Assembly: GCA_003229115.1 (NCBI GenBank)
Contig: QIHT01000241.1
Location: 1 to 32,000 of the forward strand
Source: Gammaproteobacteria bacterium
GTDB taxonomy: Bacteria > Pseudomonadota > Gammaproteobacteria > SZUA-229
Reading direction: 5' to 3'
Length of the DNA: 32,000 nucleotides
This document shows positions 9,306 through 16,430 of the stretch, piece after piece (position 1 is the first letter of the stretch; each line of letters starts with the position of its first letter). The translations under genes were made by a program, and so were the position numbers. The notes under the pieces were generated by a model. The model was not told where the DNA came from. It saw nothing but the letters and a program-made list of their open reading frames with translations, and ran no database searches.

Positions 9306-10811
9306 TTATTTTGGTGGACTAATTTCTGGAAATACCTCATCAAGACCAACCGAGCGTCCATTTCCCAGGGACAGGCGTGCATGGTAACGACGTAATTTCC
9401 GTGGATCATTGACCCCGCAAGAATGGGCAATAATACCTACTTCGTGCACTATATTTTTTGCATAGTGGGCCACGCGTACCGCCTTGGTTTTGGGTACCAG
9501 GCCTTTTTGTAATCTTGGATTATGGGTAGTAATACCAGTTGGGCAGGTATCTTTATTGCATTGCAGTGCCTGTATGCAGCCGAGGGCAAACATAAACCCG
9601 CGAGCCGAGACAATAAAATCTGCACCGGCACAAAGTGCCCAGGCCATGTCAGTGGGCGTAATTAATTTCCCGGAGGTAATAACTTTAATCCTGTCTCTCA
9701 GGCCGTGTTCACAAAGTTTATCCAGGACCCGTGGCAACGCTTCACGTACAGGCAGGCCCATGCTGTCAATAAGGCTCATGGGGGCAGCACCGGTACCACC
9801 TTCACAGCCGTCAATGGTAATAAAATCTGGCGCACACTCTTTGCCTTGTTTATTTATTTCAGCAAAAAAATTATCCAGCCAGCCATAAGCCCCAATGACC
9901 ATTTTTATACCTGTTGGTTTTCCCGTCACTTTACGCACATGGGTTATCATAGCCAATAAATTTGGTACTGAATTAATTTCCGGGTGGCGGTTGGGACTGA
10001 TAGAATCTTCATGGTGAGGAATGCCCCGGATGCTGGCAATTTCCTTGTTGACCTTAATGCCGGGCAGGATTCCGCCCTTGCCGGGTTTTGCTCCCTGGCT
10101 CAATTTAATTTCAAACATACGAACTTGTTGATGAGCGGCAATCGTACGTAACTTTTCATCATCAAGTTTTCCATTGTCATCCCGCACGCCGTACTTGGCC
10201 GTACCAATCTGGAAAACAATATCGGCGCCACCTTCCAGGTGATAGGGAGACAAACCACCTTCGCCGGTATTCATCCAACAACCGGCCATGCGTGCGCCAT
10301 TAGACAGGGCCAGCACTGCAGGTTTGGATATGGCGCCAAAACTCATGCCGGAGATATTAAATAATGATGATGTGGTGTAGGGCTGGTTACAGTCTGGACC
10401 AATAGTGACAGGTTTTGCTTCAACAACGTCCTGTTCCAGTGTCGGAAATGGACAATTAACAAAATATACCGTGCCTGCCGGTTTCAGGTCCCTGGTTGAA
10501 CCAAAAGGCACCGTGCTATCTGTATTCTTGGCGGCATTATAAACCCAGGTTCGTTCAGCCCGGTTGAACGGCATTTCTTCACGGTCCATGGCAAAAAAGT
10601 ATTGTCGAAAAAATACACCCAGTTGTTCAAATAAAGATCGGAAACGACCAATAACCGGAAAATTTCGCCTGATGGCATGAGTTTTTTGCGAGACATCAAC
10701 AATGAAAATTATGATTATTGCCAATACGATCAGGCCAATAACAAAAACAAAGGTGTATACCAGCACCTCGAGGGTAGAGAAAAGCAGTTCGTGGGTTTCG
10801 GGAGATAACAT
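9306..10811 (-). CDS. FMN-binding glutamate synthase family protein (GltB FMN-domain-like) with N-terminal membrane anchor
   Basis: 501 aa. N-terminal TM helix (VYTFVFVIGLIVLAIIIIFIV). Then ISGMSFGA, NTGEGG, IKLSQGAKPGKGGILPG, DGCEGGTGAAP and GKL motifs characteristic of the glutamate synthase FMN domain. Confidence 0.88.
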   Translation of the reverse strand: MLSPETHELLFSTLEVLVYTFVFVIGLIVLAIIIIFIVDVSQKTHAIRRNFPVIGRFRSLFEQLGVFFRQYFFAMDREEMPFNRAERTWVYNAAKNTDSTVPFGSTRDLKPAGTVYFVNCPFPTLEQDVVEAKPVTIGPDCNQPYTTSSLFNISGMSFGAISKPAVLALSNGARMAGCWMNTGEGGLSPYHLEGGADIVFQIGTAKYGVRDDNGKLDDEKLRTIAAHQQVRMFEIKLSQGAKPGKGGILPGIKVNKEIASIRGIPHHEDSISPNRHPEINSVPNLLAMITHVRKVTGKPTGIKMVIGAYGWLDNFFAEINKQGKECAPDFITIDGCEGGTGAAPMSLIDSMGLPVREALPRVLDKLCEHGLRDRIKVITSGKLITPTDMAWALCAGADFIVSARGFMFALGCIQALQCNKDTCPTGITTHNPRLQKGLVPKTKAVRVAHYAKNIVHEVGIIAHSCGVNDPRKLRRYHARLSLGNGRSVGLDEVFPEISPPK

Positions 10812-10866
10812 TTTTTGCGGCCGCCTTTTACTTATAGTTTTATGACAGACATTTGGTAATAGAGTT

Positions 10867-11643
10867 CTATGTAATTTTTTTAATTTTTGTGCCTAAAATA
10901 ATATCGCGCTCATAAAGATCCGCAAAAATAGTTATACCGCCATTGACGACGACATCCGGGTCCGGGTGTTGCATCTCTTTGGCAACAGTCTCGAGTGCTT
11001 GCCTGCCGGTCATGAATTCATTTTCACTAAAAAGTTGCAGCAATCTTTGAGTCGCCGAATTAATTTCCAGAAAATGGACGGCATCATTTTTATCACGATA
11101 CACAACAATATGGGTTAAAGTTTCACCCGCCTGTGTTGGCTGATTTTCTTTGCTGAGTTGATGTACGGGGAACTTGTAACTCAGTGGCATAGCCAGGGGA
11201 GAAACGGCCGGGATGTCTGCAAATATATCACCATCACGATTTATGGCCTGCCAGTCAGGCTCTTCCTCAGAAAGTGACAGCACCAGCTCCATCCATTCAT
11301 AGTGGGCAAGCTCAAGCATAAACGGCGGGTCATCAGGATCAGTTCCCCGTTCGTTTTGCAGGTAATCGACAAACTCGGCCGGCATTTTGGGGAAATAAGG
11401 GGTATGGGCAAGGTGACGTGAAAAATAATCACGTATCATGGCCATCCAGCGGTCATCGCTTGTTAGTTCCTTTAGCACGGGAAAGCTGCTGGACATAAAA
11501 TCTTCAACGTTGTTAAAAAATAATTCCCGGTAAACGGCCATGCGGGTCTCGTCGACATCGGCTGGTGTAGCATTTCGTTCCGGATCGCGGATATTGGCCG
11601 TGAACTCATATTGCTTGCGAATGAAGGCTGGCTGGTCAGTCAT
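10867..11643 (-). CDS. hvfC: DUF2063-family partner protein (HvfC/BufC/MbnC-like RiPP maturation subunit)
   Basis: 258 aa. N-terminal QxxFxxxIRDPE...YRELFFNN pattern of DUF2063. Starts 2 nt after the DUF692 gene ends. Confidence 0.8.
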   Translation of the reverse strand: MTDQPAFIRKQYEFTANIRDPERNATPADVDETRMAVYRELFFNNVEDFMSSSFPVLKELTSDDRWMAMIRDYFSRHLAHTPYFPKMPAEFVDYLQNERGTDPDDPPFMLELAHYEWMELVLSLSEEEPDWQAINRDGDIFADIPAVSPLAMPLSYKFPVHQLSKENQPTQAGETLTHIVVYRDKNDAVHFLEINSATQRLLQLFSENEFMTGRQALETVAKEMQHPDPDVVVNGGITIFADLYERDIILGTKIKKIT

Positions 11644-11645
11644 TA

Positions 11646-12509
11646 TTAGACCCTGTGAGCAAGACGGGCAACACGCTGGTTAGCCCATTTTTCCTGAGAT
11701 GCCTTGATTCGATCTATTTCTCCCAGGAGTTCTGGTAACGGCGGAATGTTAAAATCACGTTCCAGCAGGGTAGGGGCGACACCAAAGGTTTCGTAAGCAA
11801 CATCGAGTAAATCCCAGACGTTACCAATGATTGGTGCGCCATGGGTATCAACCAGTAAGTCCTCGGCCTCTTCATAGTGACCGGCAATATGCATATAGGC
11901 AATGCGCTCACCGGGTAACGCCTTCAGGTAGGCCACGGGGTCATATTTGTGGTTAATACTATTAACGTAAATATTATTTACATCCAGCAATAAATCACAG
12001 TCAGCTTCTTTGATGACTGCGTTAATAAAATCAATTTCTTCCATCTCCTTGCCGGGTGCCGCGTAGTAAGAAACATTTTCAATGGCCATGCGCCGACCAA
12101 TGATGTCCTGTACTTGTTTGATGCGGCCAACGACATGTTTGATAGCTTCTTCAGTAAAAGGGATGGGCATCAAGTCATAAAGATGACCGTCGTCACTACA
12201 GTAACTTAAATGTTCCGAGTAACATTTTATTTGATGGATATCCATGAAGTTTCGTACTTCACGGACAAAATTTTCATCCAGGGGGGTCGGCCCGCCAATT
12301 GAAAGTGACAAGCCGTGGGTAACAAAGGGGTATTGCTCCGTAAATTTTCTCAGTTCTTTTCCGTACTTGCCGCCAATGCCTATCCAGTTTTCAGGCGCCA
12401 CTTCCAGGAAGCTTACTTGCTCCGGAGAAAACTCAGCCAGCGGGCCCATGAGGGCCCGCTTGAGTCCGAGTCCGGCACCCTGTACAGGGAATTTGCCAGG
12501 TTGCGACAT
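11646..12509 (-). CDS. hvfB: DUF692 multinuclear non-heme iron oxidative enzyme (MNIO; HvfB/BufB/MbnB-like)
   Basis: 287 aa TIM-barrel-like protein. Has HGLSLSIGG, SEHLS, ENVSYY, DVNNIYVN, IAGH, DTHG and LERD motifs of DUF692. Starts 8 nt after the peptide gene. Confidence 0.9.
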   Translation of the reverse strand: MSQPGKFPVQGAGLGLKRALMGPLAEFSPEQVSFLEVAPENWIGIGGKYGKELRKFTEQYPFVTHGLSLSIGGPTPLDENFVREVRNFMDIHQIKCYSEHLSYCSDDGHLYDLMPIPFTEEAIKHVVGRIKQVQDIIGRRMAIENVSYYAAPGKEMEEIDFINAVIKEADCDLLLDVNNIYVNSINHKYDPVAYLKALPGERIAYMHIAGHYEEAEDLLVDTHGAPIIGNVWDLLDVAYETFGVAPTLLERDFNIPPLPELLGEIDRIKASQEKWANQRVARLAHRV

Positions 12510-12517
12510 AACAGATC

Positions 12518-12847
12518 TTATTTCTTGTCGCCGCAGCTACCTTCTTTTCCTTTTCCTTTCTTGTCGCCGCAGCTTCCTTCGTTCATGCCTTTCTTCATTT
12601 TCTTGTCACCGCCGCACTTGCCTTCACCGCACTTGCCATCTTTTTTGGCTTTTTTGCCATCGTGCTTGCCATCCTTGTCTTTCATACCGCCACAACTACC
12701 TTCAGCGACTTTCATGTAACCTGAGCCAAGATCAGTGGTTGTAAACGGATTGCTGGCAGCATTAGCAACTGGCAGGCTGGATAAAGCGGCTACAACACTA
12801 ACGCCTACTGCGGCTGCGATTGGGGATAATTTCTTTGTTTTAGACAT
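12518..12847 (-). CDS. hvfA: Secreted Cys/Lys-rich RiPP precursor (HvfA / bufferin-like metallophore peptide)
   Basis: 109 aa. AGGAG RBS 7 nt upstream of the ATG. Sec signal peptide with an A-x-A site (PVANA|AS). NPF..DLGSGY segment. Five Cys, each in an x-G-(S/K)-C-G motif: EGSCG x3, DGKCG and EGKCG. Very Lys/Gly/Asp-rich core. Confidence 0.8.
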   Translation of the reverse strand: MSKTKKLSPIAAAVGVSVVAALSSLPVANAASNPFTTTDLGSGYMKVAEGSCGGMKDKDGKHDGKKAKKDGKCGEGKCGGDKKMKKGMNEGSCGDKKGKGKEGSCGDKK

Positions 12848-13083
12848 TTAAAAACTCCTGTTAAGTATCAATGATTTGTGTTTCCTTTCTAGGTCACCGC
12901 AGTTAGTCAGTGCCTAGGGCGGACAACTCTAACCCGATTCATCTGAATTCGGAAGTAGCTTATAAGTCTCCGCTACCAACACTCTGACCGACGGTGTCTG
13001 GCATAGTTCAAATTCCGCGTGAAAATATTGGGTTATTCCGGGGCATTATCAGGGTTATTTTTGCAGGGTTGTCTACTAGTACG

Positions 13084-13232
13084 CCTTATACAAACCCAGG
13101 ATCGTTGAGTACTGGTACAGGTGGTTGGCGTTATCCAGTGGGCCTTTTTCCCCATTGCCATAAAAACCAATTATTGGCAGGCGTTGATAACGGGACTTGA
13201 GCTGATTCAGGTCACGGTCGTGGTTACCAAAA
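13084..13232 (-). pseudogene. Displaced 3-prime fragment of the FIST gene (left copy of a 149-bp direct repeat)
   Basis: 130/149 identical without gaps (manual alignment) to 13918-14066 inside the FIST CDS. Minus-strand frame reads FGNHDRDLNQLKSRYQRLPIIGFYGNGEKGPLDNANHLYQYSTILGLYKAY*, against FGNRDRDLDQLKSRYPGLPIIGFYGNGEIGPLDNANHLYQYSTILGLYKEAPSKS* in the intact gene. An in-frame TAA lies just upstream of the homology. Confidence 0.75.
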
Positions 13233-13254
13233 CATTAAGGGGTCACTTTGAGAT

Positions 13255-13545
13255 TTAGAGGTGTTTCATTGGATCCATGCGTTGGTGAAGCACTCGCACA
13301 ATCGTGATGCCGTGGGGCTGTTTCACGTAGTACAGAATATGGTTTTCATAGGGAAAGCTGAGTAGCCCTTCAGATATGGCTTCCCGTTTGATTCCCAAAT
13401 CGGGATTGTCGGCAAGGAGTTGTCCACGGGCTCCCACTCCATCGAGATAGGCGAGGGTTTGTGATTCCCCCCATTGTTGGAGGCTATAGTCGATGATGTC
13501 TTTAAGATCGTGTTCGGCTTTTTCTGCAAATTTAAAATCAGCCAC
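13255..13545 (-). CDS. Type II toxin, RelE/ParE family
   Basis: 96 aa. Size, an 8-nt overlap with the upstream antitoxin gene and ParE-like sequence (DLKDIIDYSLQQWG, ILYYV....I.IVRVLHQRMD). Confidence 0.85.
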   Translation of the reverse strand: MADFKFAEKAEHDLKDIIDYSLQQWGESQTLAYLDGVGARGQLLADNPDLGIKREAISEGLLSFPYENHILYYVKQPHGITIVRVLHQRMDPMKHL

Positions 13546-13798
13546 TTACCCGTTTCCGTAGCTTGTCCATGACGGTTTTGCCATCCGTGATCTTACCGGC
13601 TTGCAGGTCGGCGATACCTTCCTGGATTGCCACTTTCAGATGTTCCTCTTTCAGTGCTTCAAACTGAGCATATTCCGAAGCCGAGATCACCACGGCAACG
13701 GGTTTGCCGTTTCGGTTGATTCTGACGGGACCATGCTGTGCTTTAATGAGGACTTCACCGAATTCACGTTTGGCATCACTGGCGCTGAGTATTTCCAT
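13538..13798 (-). CDS. Type II antitoxin, Phd/YefM family (start moved to ATG 13798; the track starts at TTG 13810)
   Basis: MEILSASDAKREFGEVLIKAQHGPVRINRNGKPVAVVIS is a typical Phd/YefM N-terminus. GAGG RBS 6 nt upstream of the ATG at 13798. Confidence 0.85.
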   Translation of the reverse strand: MEILSASDAKREFGEVLIKAQHGPVRINRNGKPVAVVISASEYAQFEALKEEHLKVAIQEGIADLQAGKITDGKTVMDKLRKRVSG

Positions 13799-13809
13799 AA
13801 CACACCTCA

Positions 13810-13839
13810 AATTAATTAAATTGATTAATTTAATTAATT
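13810..13839. promoter_or_regulatory. Putative TA operator: 13-bp perfect inverted repeat aattaattaaatt-gatt-aatttaattaatt
   Basis: Perfect 13-bp arms at 13810-13822 and 13827-13839, separated by 4 nt, about 12 nt upstream of the antitoxin ATG. Confidence 0.55.
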
Positions 13840-13897
13840 CTAGGCTTTCCGGTATGCCAAGTCCAGCTGTTGTTTTGTATGACCGATCCTGCTGCGG

Positions 13898-15025
13898 TCA
13901 GGATTTGGATGGAGCCTCCTTGTACAGCCCAAGTATCGTTGAGTACTGGTACAGGTGGTTGGCGTTATCCAGTGGCCCAATTTCACCATTGCCATAAAAG
14001 CCAATAATGGGCAGGCCCGGATAACGGGACTTGAGCTGATCCAGGTCACGGTCACGATTACCAAAAAAATGCGGCCCCCGTCCCATACAGGGAAATAACA
14101 AGGCAAAATCGGGGTCGGCGCCGAGCTGGCGGCCCGCACTGGTAATGGTTTGTTTAATGTCTCGTTCCGCCACCAGGGCATCGCGCATGCCCCAGAACAG
14201 GCGCTCGCCCGAACGGGGTTTGTCAGATAGCGTAATCGAACGATCACTGAGGTTGGCCGAGACAATATGGCTCAGGCGATAACGGCCTTCCTGGATGGCA
14301 GTTTCAGGATCGCCGAAGGTGAAGCCCCCGGTGAGTAAATGAAATGGCAGGGTTTTTTGTTTACGAATAGTGTCAGGCAGTGATTGTACCAATACATTTA
14401 AAGCCGGGTAATTGCCCATTTTCAGGACATCAAAACCCGCTACCTCGCCGACCTCGATGGGTGAGGTCAAAGCCCGCACCCCTTGCGAGGCGGTGATAAT
14501 ACCGGTCACGCCTTGCAATGAAGCCTCTGCCTGGCCTGCTTCAACGAGTCGACTGTTCGACCAGACCTTGAAGGGGCCTTGGCCAAAAATATCGCCGGAG
14601 ACAGCGCCAATACGGGCGGCAGGTATATCCAGCCAATCTGAATTCATGCCGGCGGGGGTACAGAAACTTAAAATATCCAGTTCATCATCATTACGATTGG
14701 GCGCTAAATCCAGGTGTAGGTCGCCACCGAAAACCATGGCGGCCGCGGCCGGGCTATCCAGGATCCACTCCTGATCGGTCAAGATACCGGCGCCGGTACA
14801 GCCAATCACCTGCATGCAACCGGCAGCCCCAGCAGCAGCCCGGATCGCCAGGCTGGGGTCCGGCGCGAACTCCGGTGTCAGCAACAGCAGCACGCTATTG
14901 GCACGTTTTATACCCGCTTTCGCAAGCGCCTGTTTGACGGCCCTGGCGGCGTGTTCCGGGTAAGGCTCGTCGCCATGACTCAGGCCGGTCGCAACCGGTA
15001 CTTGCGCGGTGTTAGCCGTATTCAT
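13898..15025 (-). CDS. FIST N/C-domain sensory protein
   Basis: 375 aa. The C-terminal LLFPCMGRG...GFYGNGEIGP pattern is typical of FIST_C. ATGA start/stop overlap with nth upstream. Confidence 0.8.
   Translation of the reverse strand: MNTANTAQVPVATGLSHGDEPYPEHAARAVKQALAKAGIKRANSVLLLLTPEFAPDPSLAIRAAAGAAGCMQVIGCTGAGILTDQEWILDSPAAAAMVFGGDLHLDLAPNRNDDELDILSFCTPAGMNSDWLDIPAARIGAVSGDIFGQGPFKVWSNSRLVEAGQAEASLQGVTGIITASQGVRALTSPIEVGEVAGFDVLKMGNYPALNVLVQSLPDTIRKQKTLPFHLLTGGFTFGDPETAIQEGRYRLSHIVSANLSDRSITLSDKPRSGERLFWGMRDALVAERDIKQTITSAGRQLGADPDFALLFPCMGRGPHFFGNRDRDLDQLKSRYPGLPIIGFYGNGEIGPLDNANHLYQYSTILGLYKEAPSKS
13918..14066 (-). repeat. Right copy of the 149-bp direct repeat (functional 3-prime end of the FIST gene)
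   Basis: See 13084-13232. 19 substitutions and no indels between the copies. Confidence 0.8.
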
Positions 15026-15657
15026 GGCTCTACTTTATCGCCAAATTCACATAAATCATAGATGGTACAGCTGCCACAACGGGGTTTTCGGGCCACACAG
15101 GTATACCTGCCGTGCAGAATCAGCCAGTGGTGGGCATCTTGCTTGTATTCATTGGGGATATTTTTTTCCAGCGCTGCTTCTACGGCCAGCACATTTTTGC
15201 CAGGCCCCAGGCCGGTGCGATTGGCAAGGCGAAATATATGGGTGTCGACCGCAATCGTCGGCAAGCCAAAAGCCGTGTTCAGCACGACATTGGCTGTTTT
15301 GCGGCCAACACCGGGCAGGGCCTCGAGGGCTTCTCGATTTTTCGGGACCCGGCCACCATGCTGGTCGCGCAGTATTTTGCAGGTTTTCATGATGTTCGCG
15401 GCCTTGGTGTTATAAAGGCCAATGGTTTTGATGTAGGATTTTAGTTTGCGCAGGCCAAGTGCATGCATTTTTGCCGGGGTGCCTGCTGCTTTAAATAATG
15501 CCGGTGTCGCTTTGTTCACCCCTTTGTCCGTGGCCTGGGCAGACAACAAAACGGCAATCAGTAACTGAAAGGTGGTGTTGTATTGCAGCTCGGTAGTCGG
15601 AGTCGGGTCAGCAGATTTAAGAATTTCAAACAGCTTGCGGCGATTAACGGGCGTCAT
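15022..15657 (-). CDS. nth: Endonuclease III
   Basis: 211 aa. HhH-GPD motif (LPGVGRKTANVVL) and C-terminal 4Fe-4S loop CVARKPRCGSCTIYDLC. Confidence 0.95.
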   Translation of the reverse strand: MTPVNRRKLFEILKSADPTPTTELQYNTTFQLLIAVLLSAQATDKGVNKATPALFKAAGTPAKMHALGLRKLKSYIKTIGLYNTKAANIMKTCKILRDQHGGRVPKNREALEALPGVGRKTANVVLNTAFGLPTIAVDTHIFRLANRTGLGPGKNVLAVEAALEKNIPNEYKQDAHHWLILHGRYTCVARKPRCGSCTIYDLCEFGDKVEP

Positions 15658-16337
15658 GGCTTGTTTTTATCCTGCTCGGGCTCGGCCACTTTATTTTTTA
15701 ACAGGGCCGCCTTTTTTTGTTTACTCCTTAACACGGCATCATTTATTTCAGCCTTGATACGCGCCTGATCCAGGTCAGCAGTGGTTTGTTTTTGTGCTCG
15801 TTTTTGTTGTGACGCTATGTTCCCAAGCCGCGCCAGTCGTTGCTCCGTCCGGGCGCGAAATTTTGTCGTGTCTTCGCTGCCATATTCTGGCCAGCGGTTG
15901 CCAGCCGCGGGTGGCAAGTCATAATCCCGGGTCAATATGCAGTCCATGGGACAGGGGGGTACACAACAATCACAGCCGGTACATTCGTCTTCGATAATGC
16001 TATGCATGAGCTTGCCGGTGCCGATAATGGCATCCACCGGGCAGGCCTTGATACACAAGGTGCACCCGATGCATCGTGACTCATCTATATAGTATAAACG
16101 CCGCGGCTGGTGCGGGCCCACCTCGGGGTCGAGTTTGGTCTCGGGCAAACCCAATAATGTCGCCAGACCGGTCATGGTGATGTCATCACCAGGCGGGCAG
16201 CGATTAATCCCGGCTTCACGGTTGTAAATCGCCTCGGCATAGTCCATGCATCGCGGGTAACCACATGCGGTGCACTGGGTCTGCGGTAACCAGTCGTCAA
16301 TGTCCTGGATAAGTTTAATATGATTTGTTGCTGGCAT
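15654..16337 (-). CDS. RnfB/RsxB-family polyferredoxin lacking the membrane anchor
   Basis: 227 aa. N-terminal CTACGYPRC...C cluster motif plus two CxxCxxCxxxCP ferredoxin motifs (CIGCTLCIKACP, CTGCDCCVPPCP). 4-nt overlap with nth. Lys/Gln-rich C-terminal tail. Confidence 0.8.
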   Translation of the reverse strand: MPATNHIKLIQDIDDWLPQTQCTACGYPRCMDYAEAIYNREAGINRCPPGDDITMTGLATLLGLPETKLDPEVGPHQPRRLYYIDESRCIGCTLCIKACPVDAIIGTGKLMHSIIEDECTGCDCCVPPCPMDCILTRDYDLPPAAGNRWPEYGSEDTTKFRARTEQRLARLGNIASQQKRAQKQTTADLDQARIKAEINDAVLRSKQKKAALLKNKVAEPEQDKNKP

Positions 16338-16430
16338 AGGCTACGAAGTATGGCGGCGCCAGTCTGGGCGCGCAACTATTCAAATAAGTCTATAATGACA
16401 ATTTCTTCGTGACTACAGTAAGATCATAAT

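Noticed and set aside
12244-12744. Two long plus-strand ORFs (166 aa and 134 aa) rich in Ser/Pro/Leu/Cys, overlapping the peptide and DUF692 genes
   Set aside because: They are the antisense read-through of the Lys/Gly/Cys-rich peptide gene and of a well-supported DUF692 CDS. They have low-complexity composition, no RBS and no family resemblance.
12994-13200. 68-aa plus-strand ORF upstream of the TA cassette
   Set aside because: It lies over the displaced FIST 3-prime fragment, whose meaningful frame is on the opposite strand. It is an artefact of the relic.
13840-14265. 141-aa minus-strand ORF and 97-aa plus-strand ORF (13704-13997) around the FIST 3-prime end
   Set aside because: Both are out of frame or antisense to the FIST CDS, which has clear domain-level similarity. 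GC-rich DNA commonly yields such shadow ORFs.
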